A stretch of DNA of 64,000 nt from a virus (lineage: Duplodnaviria; Caudoviricetes), in the IMG/VR virus record IMGVR_UViG_3300032227_001336, positions 1-64,000 of that record. One strand, written 5' to 3'. A program made the position numbers and the translations under genes. The stretch's first letter is position 1. Each line of letters begins with the position of its first letter. Under the pieces are notes generated by a model. That model did not search any database, was not told where the DNA came from, and saw nothing but the letters and a program-made list of their open reading frames with translations. Shown piece by piece: positions 48,991 to 59,104 of this stretch.

Positions 48991-49271
48991 ATATTTTCTC
49001 CATTTGTTCTATCTTTTGCTTCACTTGTTTGAGCTACTGTTCCACCAGTAACCGCTGCATCTTTTACTGTTAATGCAAAAATAATACCAGAAACAACTGC
49101 AATTAATTTTGCTATTCCTGTTATATAAACTTCTGCTTGATCTGGAAGAAATGCTACTAATGAAGGATCAGAGTGAATTGCTATTGCAGTACAAACTGCT
49201 ACAACTGTGGCTATTCCAGATGAGCTAGATCTCCAATTAGCGCCAAATATTTTAGATAGCATAGTTTTCAT
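48987..49271 (-). CDS. putative holin
   Basis: 94 aa, NWRSS..G start, two transmembrane segments, KD and charged tail; heads the lysis cassette. Confidence 0.65.
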   Translation of the reverse strand: MKTMLSKIFGANWRSSSSGIATVVAVCTAIAIHSDPSLVAFLPDQAEVYITGIAKLIAVVSGIIFALTVKDAAVTGGTVAQTSEAKDRTNGENI

Positions 49272-49318
49272 AATATATTACACTATATTATAATAATATA
49301 TATTTTTAAAATCTAATA

Positions 49319-50296
49319 TTAATTATAGCAATATAATACGACGCTATCTCTTACAAGATTGGGATATGTTGTATATCCACTCGCATACAGAGCGGCTACA
49401 ACTAAATCTCCAGATGTTACATTAATTGGATTAGCGAAATTTGTTATATAAATAGATGGTGTAGTATCACTTGAACTATCTAAATTTGTCATAACTATTC
49501 CTGTTTGAGGCGGAACTGTTGAAGTATTAATAATATATCCAGTTGAAGGAGTATTTGCTGGAGTACCTGTTGTGCCAACGAAATGGGTCCATGATACTTT
49601 TCTAATTTGACAAGTTTCAGCAATCGGAACTCTTCTTCTTAAGCCTCCTGCTGATTGACTATACCCAAGATCATTTATTGCAAAATAGTTAAAACCAGTT
49701 CTATAACCATCCGCTGCATGATTTAATTCAATTGTAAAAGTATTATATGGTACATTATTAACTCTATATGTCCCACTTACCATATTCATTCCAGACGCAT
49801 CTATTCTTGCTATTACTTTATTTTCAGTTGTTCCACCAGCATGAAATTCTATTATTTTTCCAGGTGTTCTTGTGCCGATATCTAAGTCTCCACCATCTAT
49901 AAATAAATATCCATCAAAACCAGTTGCATTATTGTATAGAGGATCATTGTATCCAGAGTTATTAATTCCAAGATTTATAAAATTAGTAGAATCTGTACCA
50001 TTATTTGCTGTGATAACTAAATCTGCGCTAGCAAATGTTCCAGTTGAACGGTTTTGAATATTAAGCTGCATATAGCTATTTCCACTACCTACTACAGTTA
50101 ATGGATTATTTAATAATGGTGCTGCAAATGTAGATCCATTAGAAAAAACTCCAGTTACTCCGCTAAGATTTTGCATTGAAATGCTGGCAGCATTTAGTCT
50201 TCTTAAATTTCCATTTATAACACCTAACAATGAATCGGAGGTATTTAAATCTATAAATCCTGTTGTTGAAAAGCTATTTACATTTTTCTGTGCCAT
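49319..50296 (-). CDS. fibre-like virion structural protein
   Basis: NIQN..ASADLVITANNG..LGINNSGY module; Thr/Gly/Asn-rich; GTGTAAA 6 nt upstream. Confidence 0.6.
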   Translation of the reverse strand: MAQKNVNSFSTTGFIDLNTSDSLLGVINGNLRRLNAASISMQNLSGVTGVFSNGSTFAAPLLNNPLTVVGSGNSYMQLNIQNRSTGTFASADLVITANNGTDSTNFINLGINNSGYNDPLYNNATGFDGYLFIDGGDLDIGTRTPGKIIEFHAGGTTENKVIARIDASGMNMVSGTYRVNNVPYNTFTIELNHAADGYRTGFNYFAINDLGYSQSAGGLRRRVPIAETCQIRKVSWTHFVGTTGTPANTPSTGYIINTSTVPPQTGIVMTNLDSSSDTTPSIYITNFANPINVTSGDLVVAALYASGYTTYPNLVRDSVVLYCYN

Positions 50297-50315
50297 ATAT
50301 TATTTACACTTAATA

Positions 50316-52100
50316 TTATAACGGAATTCCTTGAGTATTCCAAGATAATTGGTATTCAGTGCCCTCATCTATTCCTAATAACTCGTATTCTATATTATTA
50401 CTAGCTTCGGTGCCTAAAATTAAATTATTGCTTGCTTGAGTATATAATAAGTTTCCACTTGCAAAAATTCCTCTTGTTCCAAAACTTGGATCAAGTTCAA
50501 AATTAAAATTTAATGATGCTGTTTTATTCTTACCTATAGAAGACTCGTAGCTAATGTTATCAAATTTACAACCACTAAAAATTAATTTTGTTGGATAAAC
50601 ACCACTTTTATTTGTATTAAAATCAATAACGACACTATAATCATCATCGCGATTTAAAGTATCAAAAAATGAACCTTCTAAATTTTCTTTTACAATAAAA
50701 CTTGTGCTTAATTTTCCATTAACTGGAAATGATATTTTTCTTCCTAATGGGAATTTATAATTTAATGATCTTAAAGTATTTCTTTGAAAAGCTAGTGAAT
50801 ATTCTAAACTTTGAATAGTATCATTGTAGTATTCAATGTTGGAAAGAATTCCATAATTAGCAGTTATAGCTCCACCTACTTGATTAAAACTTGAATCAAA
50901 ATAATAAGTTGTATTTGGGATTGGTACATCAACTGATCTGACACTAACTCCATCTTTGAAATAAGTAACAGTCTTTCCATTATATTCTATTCTAAATTTT
51001 GTTGAAATTGTATAAGTTCCAAAACTAGCTATAAGTAGGCCAGTTTCATAGATATTATAAGTTCCAGGTGCACTAGTATGCCAAGCATAGTTTATTGTAT
51101 CATAACCAGCGCTTCCTGTTGGATTATTGCTTAATCCAAACATAGCTCCAGCCGTGGTTTGATTAGGGCTTACCTCAACATACATATTATTATTATAACC
51201 TATGCTAGAATAAGCTTGCGCATCGCCCCAAGTAATTCCAGCAATTTTTGTAAATACATTTCCAACTTTACTCATAGTTACTGGAGTTATATTTTCAGGA
51301 ATTAAACTGCTAATATTAGTTGAACTATTGGTTGGGTTTCTATAAAAAGTAACACTAGCATCTCCTGGTAAAAGAGTATTTTGTCCACTTATTCCGCTTT
51401 GATTTAAATCTAAAGCTTTTGGAATTATTATTTGATCATTTTGGGGTTGATTTATTCCAGATTTTAAATCTAATATTGTATAATTTATTCCACTACCACT
51501 TATATAAAAATTAATATTATCAGAAATATAAGATTGAGTTACTGTCGGCATTGAATCAACTTGAACTCTAAAGTTATAATCTGTTAAATAACAATTTTGA
51601 AAATTTAAAACTGCATAGTTATTTGATTTTGGATCAATAATATCATTAACTCCAGTTGGATTTGTATAATAATCTGTTAATATATAATTGCCATATAAAT
51701 CATCTTCGTTTTTATTTATAACAAGATAAAAATCTTTTTCGTCTGTAATTGAGTTATCTTTACATAACCCAGAAAACATAACTGGTTGATTTGCTGATTG
51801 ATAATTTGCAACATCAAAATTTAATCTATTTTCATTTGTAACGCCATCTGGAATATATGAAAAAGTAAAATTTACAGTTGGAGAATTTAAATCATTTCTA
51901 AATATACTTTTATTCGCACCAAAACCAACTAGACCTATTCTAGATTGATCAATAGAATAATTAAAATTTTGTATTTTCTCTAATCTTTTAAGTATTTGAT
52001 AACCGCTTAAATAATAATAATCGTCTACTGGATTTTGTTCTCCAGAGTAAGGAGCGAAATATAGTCCTTGAGTATTATATATTATTCTATTCCTTGGCAT
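50316..52100 (-). CDS. tail tube paralogue with inserted beta-sandwich (lectin/SPRY-like) domain
   Basis: MPRNRIIY vs MARNRIIY; LLPGDASV vs LRPGDITL; ESSIGKNKTASLNF vs SSDIGSNKSVTLNF. Confidence 0.75.
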   Translation of the reverse strand: MPRNRIIYNTQGLYFAPYSGEQNPVDDYYYLSGYQILKRLEKIQNFNYSIDQSRIGLVGFGANKSIFRNDLNSPTVNFTFSYIPDGVTNENRLNFDVANYQSANQPVMFSGLCKDNSITDEKDFYLVINKNEDDLYGNYILTDYYTNPTGVNDIIDPKSNNYAVLNFQNCYLTDYNFRVQVDSMPTVTQSYISDNINFYISGSGINYTILDLKSGINQPQNDQIIIPKALDLNQSGISGQNTLLPGDASVTFYRNPTNSSTNISSLIPENITPVTMSKVGNVFTKIAGITWGDAQAYSSIGYNNNMYVEVSPNQTTAGAMFGLSNNPTGSAGYDTINYAWHTSAPGTYNIYETGLLIASFGTYTISTKFRIEYNGKTVTYFKDGVSVRSVDVPIPNTTYYFDSSFNQVGGAITANYGILSNIEYYNDTIQSLEYSLAFQRNTLRSLNYKFPLGRKISFPVNGKLSTSFIVKENLEGSFFDTLNRDDDYSVVIDFNTNKSGVYPTKLIFSGCKFDNISYESSIGKNKTASLNFNFELDPSFGTRGIFASGNLLYTQASNNLILGTEASNNIEYELLGIDEGTEYQLSWNTQGIPL

Positions 52101-52173
52101 ACCTTTTACCTCAATAAATTTACACTATAAATGAATTTATAGAATAAAAGTAATTTTCTCTGTATAATATATT

Positions 52174-52611
52174 ATGAAAAAATATTGCATAAATTGTGGT
52201 TCTGGAACCGAATTCTCTTCTGTTAAGCCTAAATTTTGTAGTGGGTGTGGGCATAACTTTGATACGTCTTTTGCTGGGACTAAACCACCAGTTAAGCAGC
52301 CTATAGAAAGAAAAATAAAGCCAAATATATCTTTAGATAATAATATTGAAATTGATAATGATGACGATTTTGACAATGATGATGTTAATCATGTCCCAAA
52401 TATAAATGAATTAAATGTAGATTGTGAAGTTCAAAAATATCAAGGTATTAAATTCAACAAAATGATGGATAGTCCAATTAATCCATCTTTTGGATCTCTT
52501 AAAAAAGAAAAAGTAAAAGGAAAAAAAGTCTCAAAAAAAGACGCTCAAGAGTTCTTTGATAATTTCTCAAAAGAAGCTGGCGCAATAAGACCTAAGAATA
52601 AAAGAAAATAA
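52174..52611 (+). CDS. zinc-ribbon protein
   Basis: YCINCG..PKFCSGCG at N-terminus; acidic tract. Confidence 0.75.
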   Translation: MKKYCINCGSGTEFSSVKPKFCSGCGHNFDTSFAGTKPPVKQPIERKIKPNISLDNNIEIDNDDDFDNDDVNHVPNINELNVDCEVQKYQGIKFNKMMDSPINPSFGSLKKEKVKGKKVSKKDAQEFFDNFSKEAGAIRPKNKRK

Positions 52612-52612
52612 A

Positions 52613-53299
52613 ATGCCAGCAAAGAAATCTAATTTTGAGTCAAAAATCGATGAGATTAATGCTGAGATTTTTAAAAGAAAACATAAATGGAGTTTGACTT
52701 CTTTATCGTGGCTTGACTTTAGTGATGTTGCTCAAATATTAAGAATACATATATATAAAAAGTGGCACTTATATGATCAAGATAAAAAACTTGCTCCTTG
52801 GGTAAATAGAATAATCAGTAATCAAATTAAAAATTTAATAAGAAATAATTATGGTAATTTTTCTAGACCTTGCTTGAAATGTTCTGCTGCAGAGGGCGAA
52901 GATCTATGTAACATATACGGAAAACAATGTAATAACTGTCCACTTTACGCAAGATGGACAAAAAGTAAAAAAAATGCATATGATACAAAGCTACCTGTTA
53001 GTCTTGAAAATCATACTCAAGAAGTTCATGATATGGTATATGATTCTATAGATATAGAAAAGAACGCAGAAGTTATACATAAGAAAATGTTGAATACATT
53101 AAAACCTCTAGAAGCAAAATTTTATAAATTAGTTTACATTGAGCATAAATCTGAAGAAGATGCTGCTAAACATATGGGCTATAAAACTTCAGAAAAAAAT
53201 AGAAAAATTGGATACAAACAAGTTAAGAATTTAAAAAAATCCATAATGATAAAAGTTAAAAAACTTATATATAATGGAGATATAGATTTAGATGTATGA
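52613..53299 (+). CDS. RNA polymerase sigma-factor-like protein with Cys-rich insertion
   Basis: Region 2-like DVAQ..YD..LAPWVNRIISNQIKNLIR; SLE; region 4-like LKPLEAKFY..EEDAAKHMGY. Confidence 0.7.
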   Translation: MPAKKSNFESKIDEINAEIFKRKHKWSLTSLSWLDFSDVAQILRIHIYKKWHLYDQDKKLAPWVNRIISNQIKNLIRNNYGNFSRPCLKCSAAEGEDLCNIYGKQCNNCPLYARWTKSKKNAYDTKLPVSLENHTQEVHDMVYDSIDIEKNAEVIHKKMLNTLKPLEAKFYKLVYIEHKSEEDAAKHMGYKTSEKNRKIGYKQVKNLKKSIMIKVKKLIYNGDIDLDV

Positions 53300-54387
53300 A
53301 TGATGAATTGTCTTTAACTGAAGAGCAGCAATTAAAACTACTCGAAGAGTGGAATCGTAGACCAGATAATCCACCAGCATTAACTGAGTTAGTTAAATTA
53401 GCTTTTGATCGTGATGATTTAGACGGAAGAAGTAAAGAAGGTAAAGCTGTAAAAAGTTTTCTAGCTTCAAGACAGATCAAACCAAGAAAAAGTCATGAAT
53501 ACCAAGCTAAAGGTCTTATAGAATTAACAGAAGATCAAAAAGAATACATTAGTAATAATTGTGCAACTATGACTGGAATTGAAATAGCTAAAATTTTATT
53601 TAAAAATGAATCATTAACTAATCTTTCTCAAGAAACAAGAAGTATTCTTGATTATATGAAAACTATACCTAGTAATATTAAATATCTTAATGATACAAAT
53701 GAAAATATTGCTACAGAAACTTATAAAGCCCCACGAAGCGAAGAAAGAATGGTTGTTAAAATCAATAAATATATATTAGATGGAATAGATAAAGAAAAGA
53801 TTACTCCAAGGCAAAAAAAAGAAGTGAACTCTTTAATTGGTTATATGAATACATATAGATTTACCCATCAAATTAATCTTTATGATGATGAGAATGATAG
53901 GGATCTTTTTGAAAGTAGTTTTGTAAGATATACTTACGATAAAAGTGATTTAACTCAAGAAGAAGTTGATCAATATATTGTTCTTGCAACAGAAGTAGTC
54001 ATATCTTCAAGTATTCAACAAACAATTACAACTCTTCAAAATCAAATTGATCTTGCGACTCAAGAAGATGGTAAAATTCCAATGACTTTAGTAGAAGCTA
54101 GTAGCACAGCTAGAAAAGAATACAATGATTGTGTAAATCGCCAACAAAAATTATTACAAGATCTTAAAGTCAAAAGAAGCGAAAGACTTAGCAAGCAAGT
54201 TAAGGAGAATGCAAGTATTCTAAATCTTGTAGAAATGTGGAAACAAGAAGAGTCTAGACAAAAATTATTAAAAATAGCAGAGCTTAGAAAAAATAGTATT
54301 AAGAAAGAGATCGAAAGACTTGGGACTATGGATGAAATAAAAGCTAGGATACTTGGAATATCAGAAGATGATATTTTAAATGGATAA
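53296..54387 (+). CDS. hypothetical helical protein, terminase small subunit candidate
   Basis: HTH-like LTEDQKEYI..GIEIAKILF plus C-terminal coiled coil; upstream of TerL. Confidence 0.5.
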   Translation: MNDELSLTEEQQLKLLEEWNRRPDNPPALTELVKLAFDRDDLDGRSKEGKAVKSFLASRQIKPRKSHEYQAKGLIELTEDQKEYISNNCATMTGIEIAKILFKNESLTNLSQETRSILDYMKTIPSNIKYLNDTNENIATETYKAPRSEERMVVKINKYILDGIDKEKITPRQKKEVNSLIGYMNTYRFTHQINLYDDENDRDLFESSFVRYTYDKSDLTQEEVDQYIVLATEVVISSSIQQTITTLQNQIDLATQEDGKIPMTLVEASSTARKEYNDCVNRQQKLLQDLKVKRSERLSKQVKENASILNLVEMWKQEESRQKLLKIAELRKNSIKKEIERLGTMDEIKARILGISEDDILNG

Positions 54388-55327
54388 ATTTATGTCAGTT
54401 ATATGTAAAGTAGATGGAAAAGAATTTGCAAGTGATAAAGCTTTACATATGTCACTTAAAGGTTATGGTTTGAATAAAGTTAAATACTATCAAACATATT
54501 TTGAACGAAGAGATCTTCTAACTAACGAGCTTATTAATTTCAAAACTAAAGAGCAATATTTGAATAGTGATTTCAATGATAAAAATAATATGAAAAAATG
54601 GCTTAAGCAACAATCAGTTGAAAAAGCTCAAGAATATTGCAAGCAATTATTATCCAAAAGAAAACATGAGAAAAATTTAACTTATAGTCCTTCACAAGTA
54701 GAATTAAGAACAATTATGGCCCCGTCGATTGTTTTTTATAATAAAATATTTAATGATTATTATGATGTTTGCTCGAATCTCGGCCTAGAGAATAAATTTA
54801 TTCACCCAAATAACATAACTGATCAATTTAAAAATAAATTAAATAAAAAATCAATTATCTATGTTGATACAAGAGAACAGAGTTGGTTGAAATTTGATAC
54901 AAAGTTTGAAATTAAAACATTACCCTTCGGAGATTATTCTTGCAGTAATGATAATTGTAAATGTTTTATAGAAAGAAAAAGTTTAAGTGATTTTATAAGC
55001 ACGTTAAGCGTTAAAAACTTTGATAGATTTAAAAATGAAATAGATCGAGCAAAGAAAAGCGGCGCATATTTAATTGTTGTAGTAGAAGAGAAATTGACTA
55101 ATGCGTTAAGCTTTCAATATCTTCCGCATATTAGTAAAAAAATTAAAGCTACTCCAGAATATATATTTCATAATGTTCGAGAGTTACTTCAAAACTATGA
55201 TAATCTACAATTTCTTTTTGTAGATGGAAGAGGAGAGATGACAAGGGTAATTGAGTCTATTTTTACGTCAAATTGTTTTTACAAACAAGTAGACCTTCAA
55301 TTAGCTTATGATCTAAAACTATTATGA
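54380..55327 (+). CDS. ERCC4/XPF-family nuclease
   Basis: YVDTREQ..LPFGDYS..IERKSLSDF..RFKNEIDRA..VVVEE. Confidence 0.85.
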   Translation: MDKFMSVICKVDGKEFASDKALHMSLKGYGLNKVKYYQTYFERRDLLTNELINFKTKEQYLNSDFNDKNNMKKWLKQQSVEKAQEYCKQLLSKRKHEKNLTYSPSQVELRTIMAPSIVFYNKIFNDYYDVCSNLGLENKFIHPNNITDQFKNKLNKKSIIYVDTREQSWLKFDTKFEIKTLPFGDYSCSNDNCKCFIERKSLSDFISTLSVKNFDRFKNEIDRAKKSGAYLIVVVEEKLTNALSFQYLPHISKKIKATPEYIFHNVRELLQNYDNLQFLFVDGRGEMTRVIESIFTSNCFYKQVDLQLAYDLKLL

Positions 55328-57168
55328 TATACTCTCCAGATAAATATAAAAAAGATTATCCAGATGTAAATACAGAATTAATGAATCTTAAAGGTATTCT
55401 TAATGACAAAGATGCTAAAATTTCTCTTGCTAAATTTTTAAGAGCTAATTTAGGCTTTACTACTGAACTTATAAGTGGTATCAAATTAGCTCCATATCAG
55501 GAAATTCATCTTAAGGGTTTATTAAATAGAAACTTTAGTATGTGCGTATTTGGTCGAGGTTGTGGCAAGAGTTTTATCGCAAGCGTGTTTTGTTTTCTTC
55601 AATGTGTCTTTGAACCTAATACTAAAATTCTAATCGCAGGACCAACTTTCAGAACAGCTAGATTCATATTTAATAATCTAGAAAAAATTGTAAATAGTAA
55701 AGGCGCAGAACTTCTTCAACAAGCTTTTGGTTCAAAAAGTAAAAGAAATGATCAATATGAATGGTCAATTAATGGTGGAAGTATCGTAGCTATTCCTTTA
55801 AGCGGAGAAAAGATTCGAGGATTTCGAGCTAATGTATTAGTTCTTGACGAGTTTCTTCTATTATCAGAAGATATTGTTAAAACTGTATTGATGCCATTCT
55901 TGGTTGCTCCACAAAATATGAAAGAACGAATGGAAATTAGAGAAATGGAAGATACTTTAATCAGAGAAGGCATAATGAAAGAAGAAGACCGAATGGTTTT
56001 TGAAAATAATAGCAAAATGATAGCTCTTTCCTCTGCAAGTTATACATTTGAAAACCTTTATAAAACGTACAATGAATGGATAGAGAAAATTTATTCAAAA
56101 GAAGACACAGAAGCATCTTATTTTGTATCTCAATTAAGTTATGAAGCTTTGCCTTTGGAGATGATAGACAAAACAATTATTGAGGAAGCTCAAAATGGCG
56201 GCTCAAGTCATAGTAGTTTTTTAAGAGAATATTGTGCAAGATTTATTGATGGTAGTGATAGTTATTTTAGTGCAAAGAAGATGGAGGAATGCACTATTCC
56301 AAATGGCCAATCTCCTCATACTTTAATGAAAGGTGTTTCTGGAAAGAAATATATTCTTGGGATTGATCCTAATATGAGTGATAGTCCTAATGCTGATTAT
56401 TTTGCTATGGCCGTAATGGAAATTGATGAAGAAACTAAAACTGGAACGCTAGTTCATACATACGCTGGATTAGGAAATTTAAAAAATCACGTTAATTACT
56501 TGTATTATATCCTGACAAACTTCAATATTGTATTTATGATTTTAGATAATGCTGGAGCAGATGTATTTCTTTCTGCTTGTAATCAATCTGAGTTATTCAA
56601 AAATAATAATTTAAATATAAATAGTTTTGAATTTAATTCTGATTTGGAGGGACAAGATTATGATCAAGAAATTCGTAAAATTAGAAATAGTTATAATCTA
56701 GAATCAAAAAAAATAGCTTTTAATCAAGTCTTTACGAGTAACTTTATTCGCAAAGCTAATGAACACTTGCAAGCTTCTATTGATTATAAAAAAATATGGT
56801 TTGCTAGTAAAACTTGTGCTAATGATAGCTTTTTTGAGTCTCAATTCAGTCAAAATATACCAATAGATTTAATGAAAACAGAGGAAAAGAAGGATTGGTC
56901 TACTCTTGATTTCATTGAAAATCAAGATGATTTTATATATCAAACTAAAAAACAATGTACTCTTGTAGAGCATTCATCTACAGCCAGAGGAACCCAATCA
57001 TTTGACTTGCCTCAACATTTAAAAAGAAGTTCTTCTGCGAATAAAGCAAGAAAAGATAATTATTCTGCACTTTTATTAGTAAATTGGGGTTTAAAGTGCT
57101 ATTATGATATAATGAACGCTCCAACCGAGGATATATCAAGCACTTTTATGCCTATAATGATTAATTAA
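55324..57168 (+). CDS. terL: terminase large subunit
   Basis: LAPYQ, Walker A GRGCGKS, Walker B LVLDE, LSSA, FLREYCARF, RNase H-like LGID..KDNYSA. Confidence 0.92.
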   Translation: MIYSPDKYKKDYPDVNTELMNLKGILNDKDAKISLAKFLRANLGFTTELISGIKLAPYQEIHLKGLLNRNFSMCVFGRGCGKSFIASVFCFLQCVFEPNTKILIAGPTFRTARFIFNNLEKIVNSKGAELLQQAFGSKSKRNDQYEWSINGGSIVAIPLSGEKIRGFRANVLVLDEFLLLSEDIVKTVLMPFLVAPQNMKERMEIREMEDTLIREGIMKEEDRMVFENNSKMIALSSASYTFENLYKTYNEWIEKIYSKEDTEASYFVSQLSYEALPLEMIDKTIIEEAQNGGSSHSSFLREYCARFIDGSDSYFSAKKMEECTIPNGQSPHTLMKGVSGKKYILGIDPNMSDSPNADYFAMAVMEIDEETKTGTLVHTYAGLGNLKNHVNYLYYILTNFNIVFMILDNAGADVFLSACNQSELFKNNNLNINSFEFNSDLEGQDYDQEIRKIRNSYNLESKKIAFNQVFTSNFIRKANEHLQASIDYKKIWFASKTCANDSFFESQFSQNIPIDLMKTEEKKDWSTLDFIENQDDFIYQTKKQCTLVEHSSTARGTQSFDLPQHLKRSSSANKARKDNYSALLLVNWGLKCYYDIMNAPTEDISSTFMPIMIN

Positions 57169-57175
57169 GTGTAAT
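57169..57175 (+). promoter_or_regulatory. GTGTAAT motif upstream of portal gene
   Basis: Directly after TerL stop, 11 nt before ATG 57187. Confidence 0.65.
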
Positions 57176-57186
57176 ATTTAAGTAAA

Positions 57187-59085
57187 ATGAAGAAAAATAC
57201 CAAAAAAATACAAGAAATTAAAGCATCTACAGAAGAGCAAATATCGCCATTAATGGTTTATGGTTCAGAAAGAAAATTAACAGCTTCAGAAGCAAGAGGA
57301 AGTTCACCAGTTAGAAGAAATACTGCTAGTACAATTGAAAGAACTAACAGGTTTACAAATATTGATACTGGAATTATTCCATTTAGATATTCTAATTATG
57401 TTAAAAATTTATCTACCCTAGATGTAAGAGATGCTGTTATACTTTGTCAAAAAGCTTATTATAATGTTGCAATTTTCAGAAACACAATAGATTTAATGAC
57501 AGAATTCTCTGCTAGTTCTATTTATTTAACTGGTGGAAGTCAAAAATCAAGAGAATTTTTCGATGCTTATTTTAAAAAGATTAATTTAACAAGTTTTCAA
57601 GATCAATTTTTTAGAGAATACTATAGAAGTGGGAATGTGTTTACTTATAGATTTGATACTTCTTTGGACTCTGAGCAAGTATTTAAAATAACTCAAGTAT
57701 TTGGTTCAAAAGCTTTGGCTAAAGATGGATCAATTAAAATTCCTGTAAGATATACTATAATTAATCCAGCAGATGTTTATGTTGGTGGTGGAGTAAATTA
57801 TTCTTATAATATATATTATAAACTATTAAGTAGTTACGAATTAGAAAAACTTAGAGATCCAAAAACTGAGGAAGATATAGAAGTTTACCAAGGATTACCA
57901 GACGATGTAAAAGAAAAGATTAAAAATAAAAGTAATTCTTATATTTTAGTTCCATTAGATCCTAAAAAGATGGCCGCAGTTTTTTATAAAAAACAAGATT
58001 ACGAACCACTCTCGATTCCAATGGGTTTTCCAGTATTAGATGATATTAACTGGAAATTAGAAATGAAAAAAATGGATATGGCAGTTACAAGAACAACTCA
58101 ACAAGCTATTCTTTTAGTTACTATGGGCAATGAGCCTGATAAAGGTGGAATCAATCAGAAAAATTTACAATCCATGCAACAATTATTTGAAAATCAAAGC
58201 GTTGGCAGGGTATTAATTGCAGATTACACAACTAAAGCTCAATTCGTAATTCCTGATATTGGAAGTTTAATTGGGCCAGAGAAATATGAAGTAGTTGATA
58301 GAGATATTCAAATTGGATTAAATAATATTCTTATTGGCAGTGAAAAATTTGCTAATACAAGTATTAAAGTCCAAGTTTTCATGGAAAGACTAAAGCAAGC
58401 AAGAGAAGTTTTCTTAAATGAATTTTTAATACCAGAAATAAGAAGAATTAGTAAAGATTTAGGATTTAAAAATTTTCCAGTACCAGTATTTGAAGATATT
58501 AGTCTTAAAGATGATGTACAATATTCTAGAATATACAATAGATTGGTTGAGCTTGGCGTATTAACTGCTGATGAAGGAATTCAAGCTATAGAAACTGGAA
58601 GATTACCTACTCCAGAAGAATCTGTACAATCTCAACAAAAATTTAGAGAATTAAAAGATCAAGGATTTTATCAACCACTTATTGGTGGTGGTGCTCAAGC
58701 TGGAAGACCTATGGGTTCAACTGGTACTCCTCAGTCTACAAAAAATGTAAAACCAATTGGTAGTTCAAAAGCCTTTTCTGTTCTTAAGATAAGAGAAAAT
58801 ATTTTAGCTGTTCAAGATCTTGAAGAAGAAGTCAAAGGTTCTTTAAGAAAAAAATTTGAAATCAAGAAATTAAGTAACGCACAAAAAGATATGGCAGAAA
58901 AAATTACAGAATTAATTATAGCAAATGAAGATTCTAGTCAGTGGAAAGCAAAAATACAAGATTATATTGAAAAACCATTTGATCAAAATTTAAATCAAGT
59001 AAATGAAATTCAATCAATTGCTTCCGAGCATCAAGTCGATAGTTATTTAGCTAGTTTATTGTATCACAGCAAAAAATCTGAATAA
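57187..59085 (+). CDS. portal protein
   Basis: Follows TerL; FRNTIDLMTEF, YYRSGNVF, GRP near C-terminus; 632 aa helical. Confidence 0.82.
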   Translation: MKKNTKKIQEIKASTEEQISPLMVYGSERKLTASEARGSSPVRRNTASTIERTNRFTNIDTGIIPFRYSNYVKNLSTLDVRDAVILCQKAYYNVAIFRNTIDLMTEFSASSIYLTGGSQKSREFFDAYFKKINLTSFQDQFFREYYRSGNVFTYRFDTSLDSEQVFKITQVFGSKALAKDGSIKIPVRYTIINPADVYVGGGVNYSYNIYYKLLSSYELEKLRDPKTEEDIEVYQGLPDDVKEKIKNKSNSYILVPLDPKKMAAVFYKKQDYEPLSIPMGFPVLDDINWKLEMKKMDMAVTRTTQQAILLVTMGNEPDKGGINQKNLQSMQQLFENQSVGRVLIADYTTKAQFVIPDIGSLIGPEKYEVVDRDIQIGLNNILIGSEKFANTSIKVQVFMERLKQAREVFLNEFLIPEIRRISKDLGFKNFPVPVFEDISLKDDVQYSRIYNRLVELGVLTADEGIQAIETGRLPTPEESVQSQQKFRELKDQGFYQPLIGGGAQAGRPMGSTGTPQSTKNVKPIGSSKAFSVLKIRENILAVQDLEEEVKGSLRKKFEIKKLSNAQKDMAEKITELIIANEDSSQWKAKIQDYIEKPFDQNLNQVNEIQSIASEHQVDSYLASLLYHSKKSE

Positions 59086-59104
59086 TATAATTTAATTAGT
59101 TGGA

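Noticed and set aside
54131-54137. Intragenic GTGTAAW copies (54131 on +, 36354 on -)
   Set aside because: Not near a start codon; compatible with chance occurrence, so not counted as promoters
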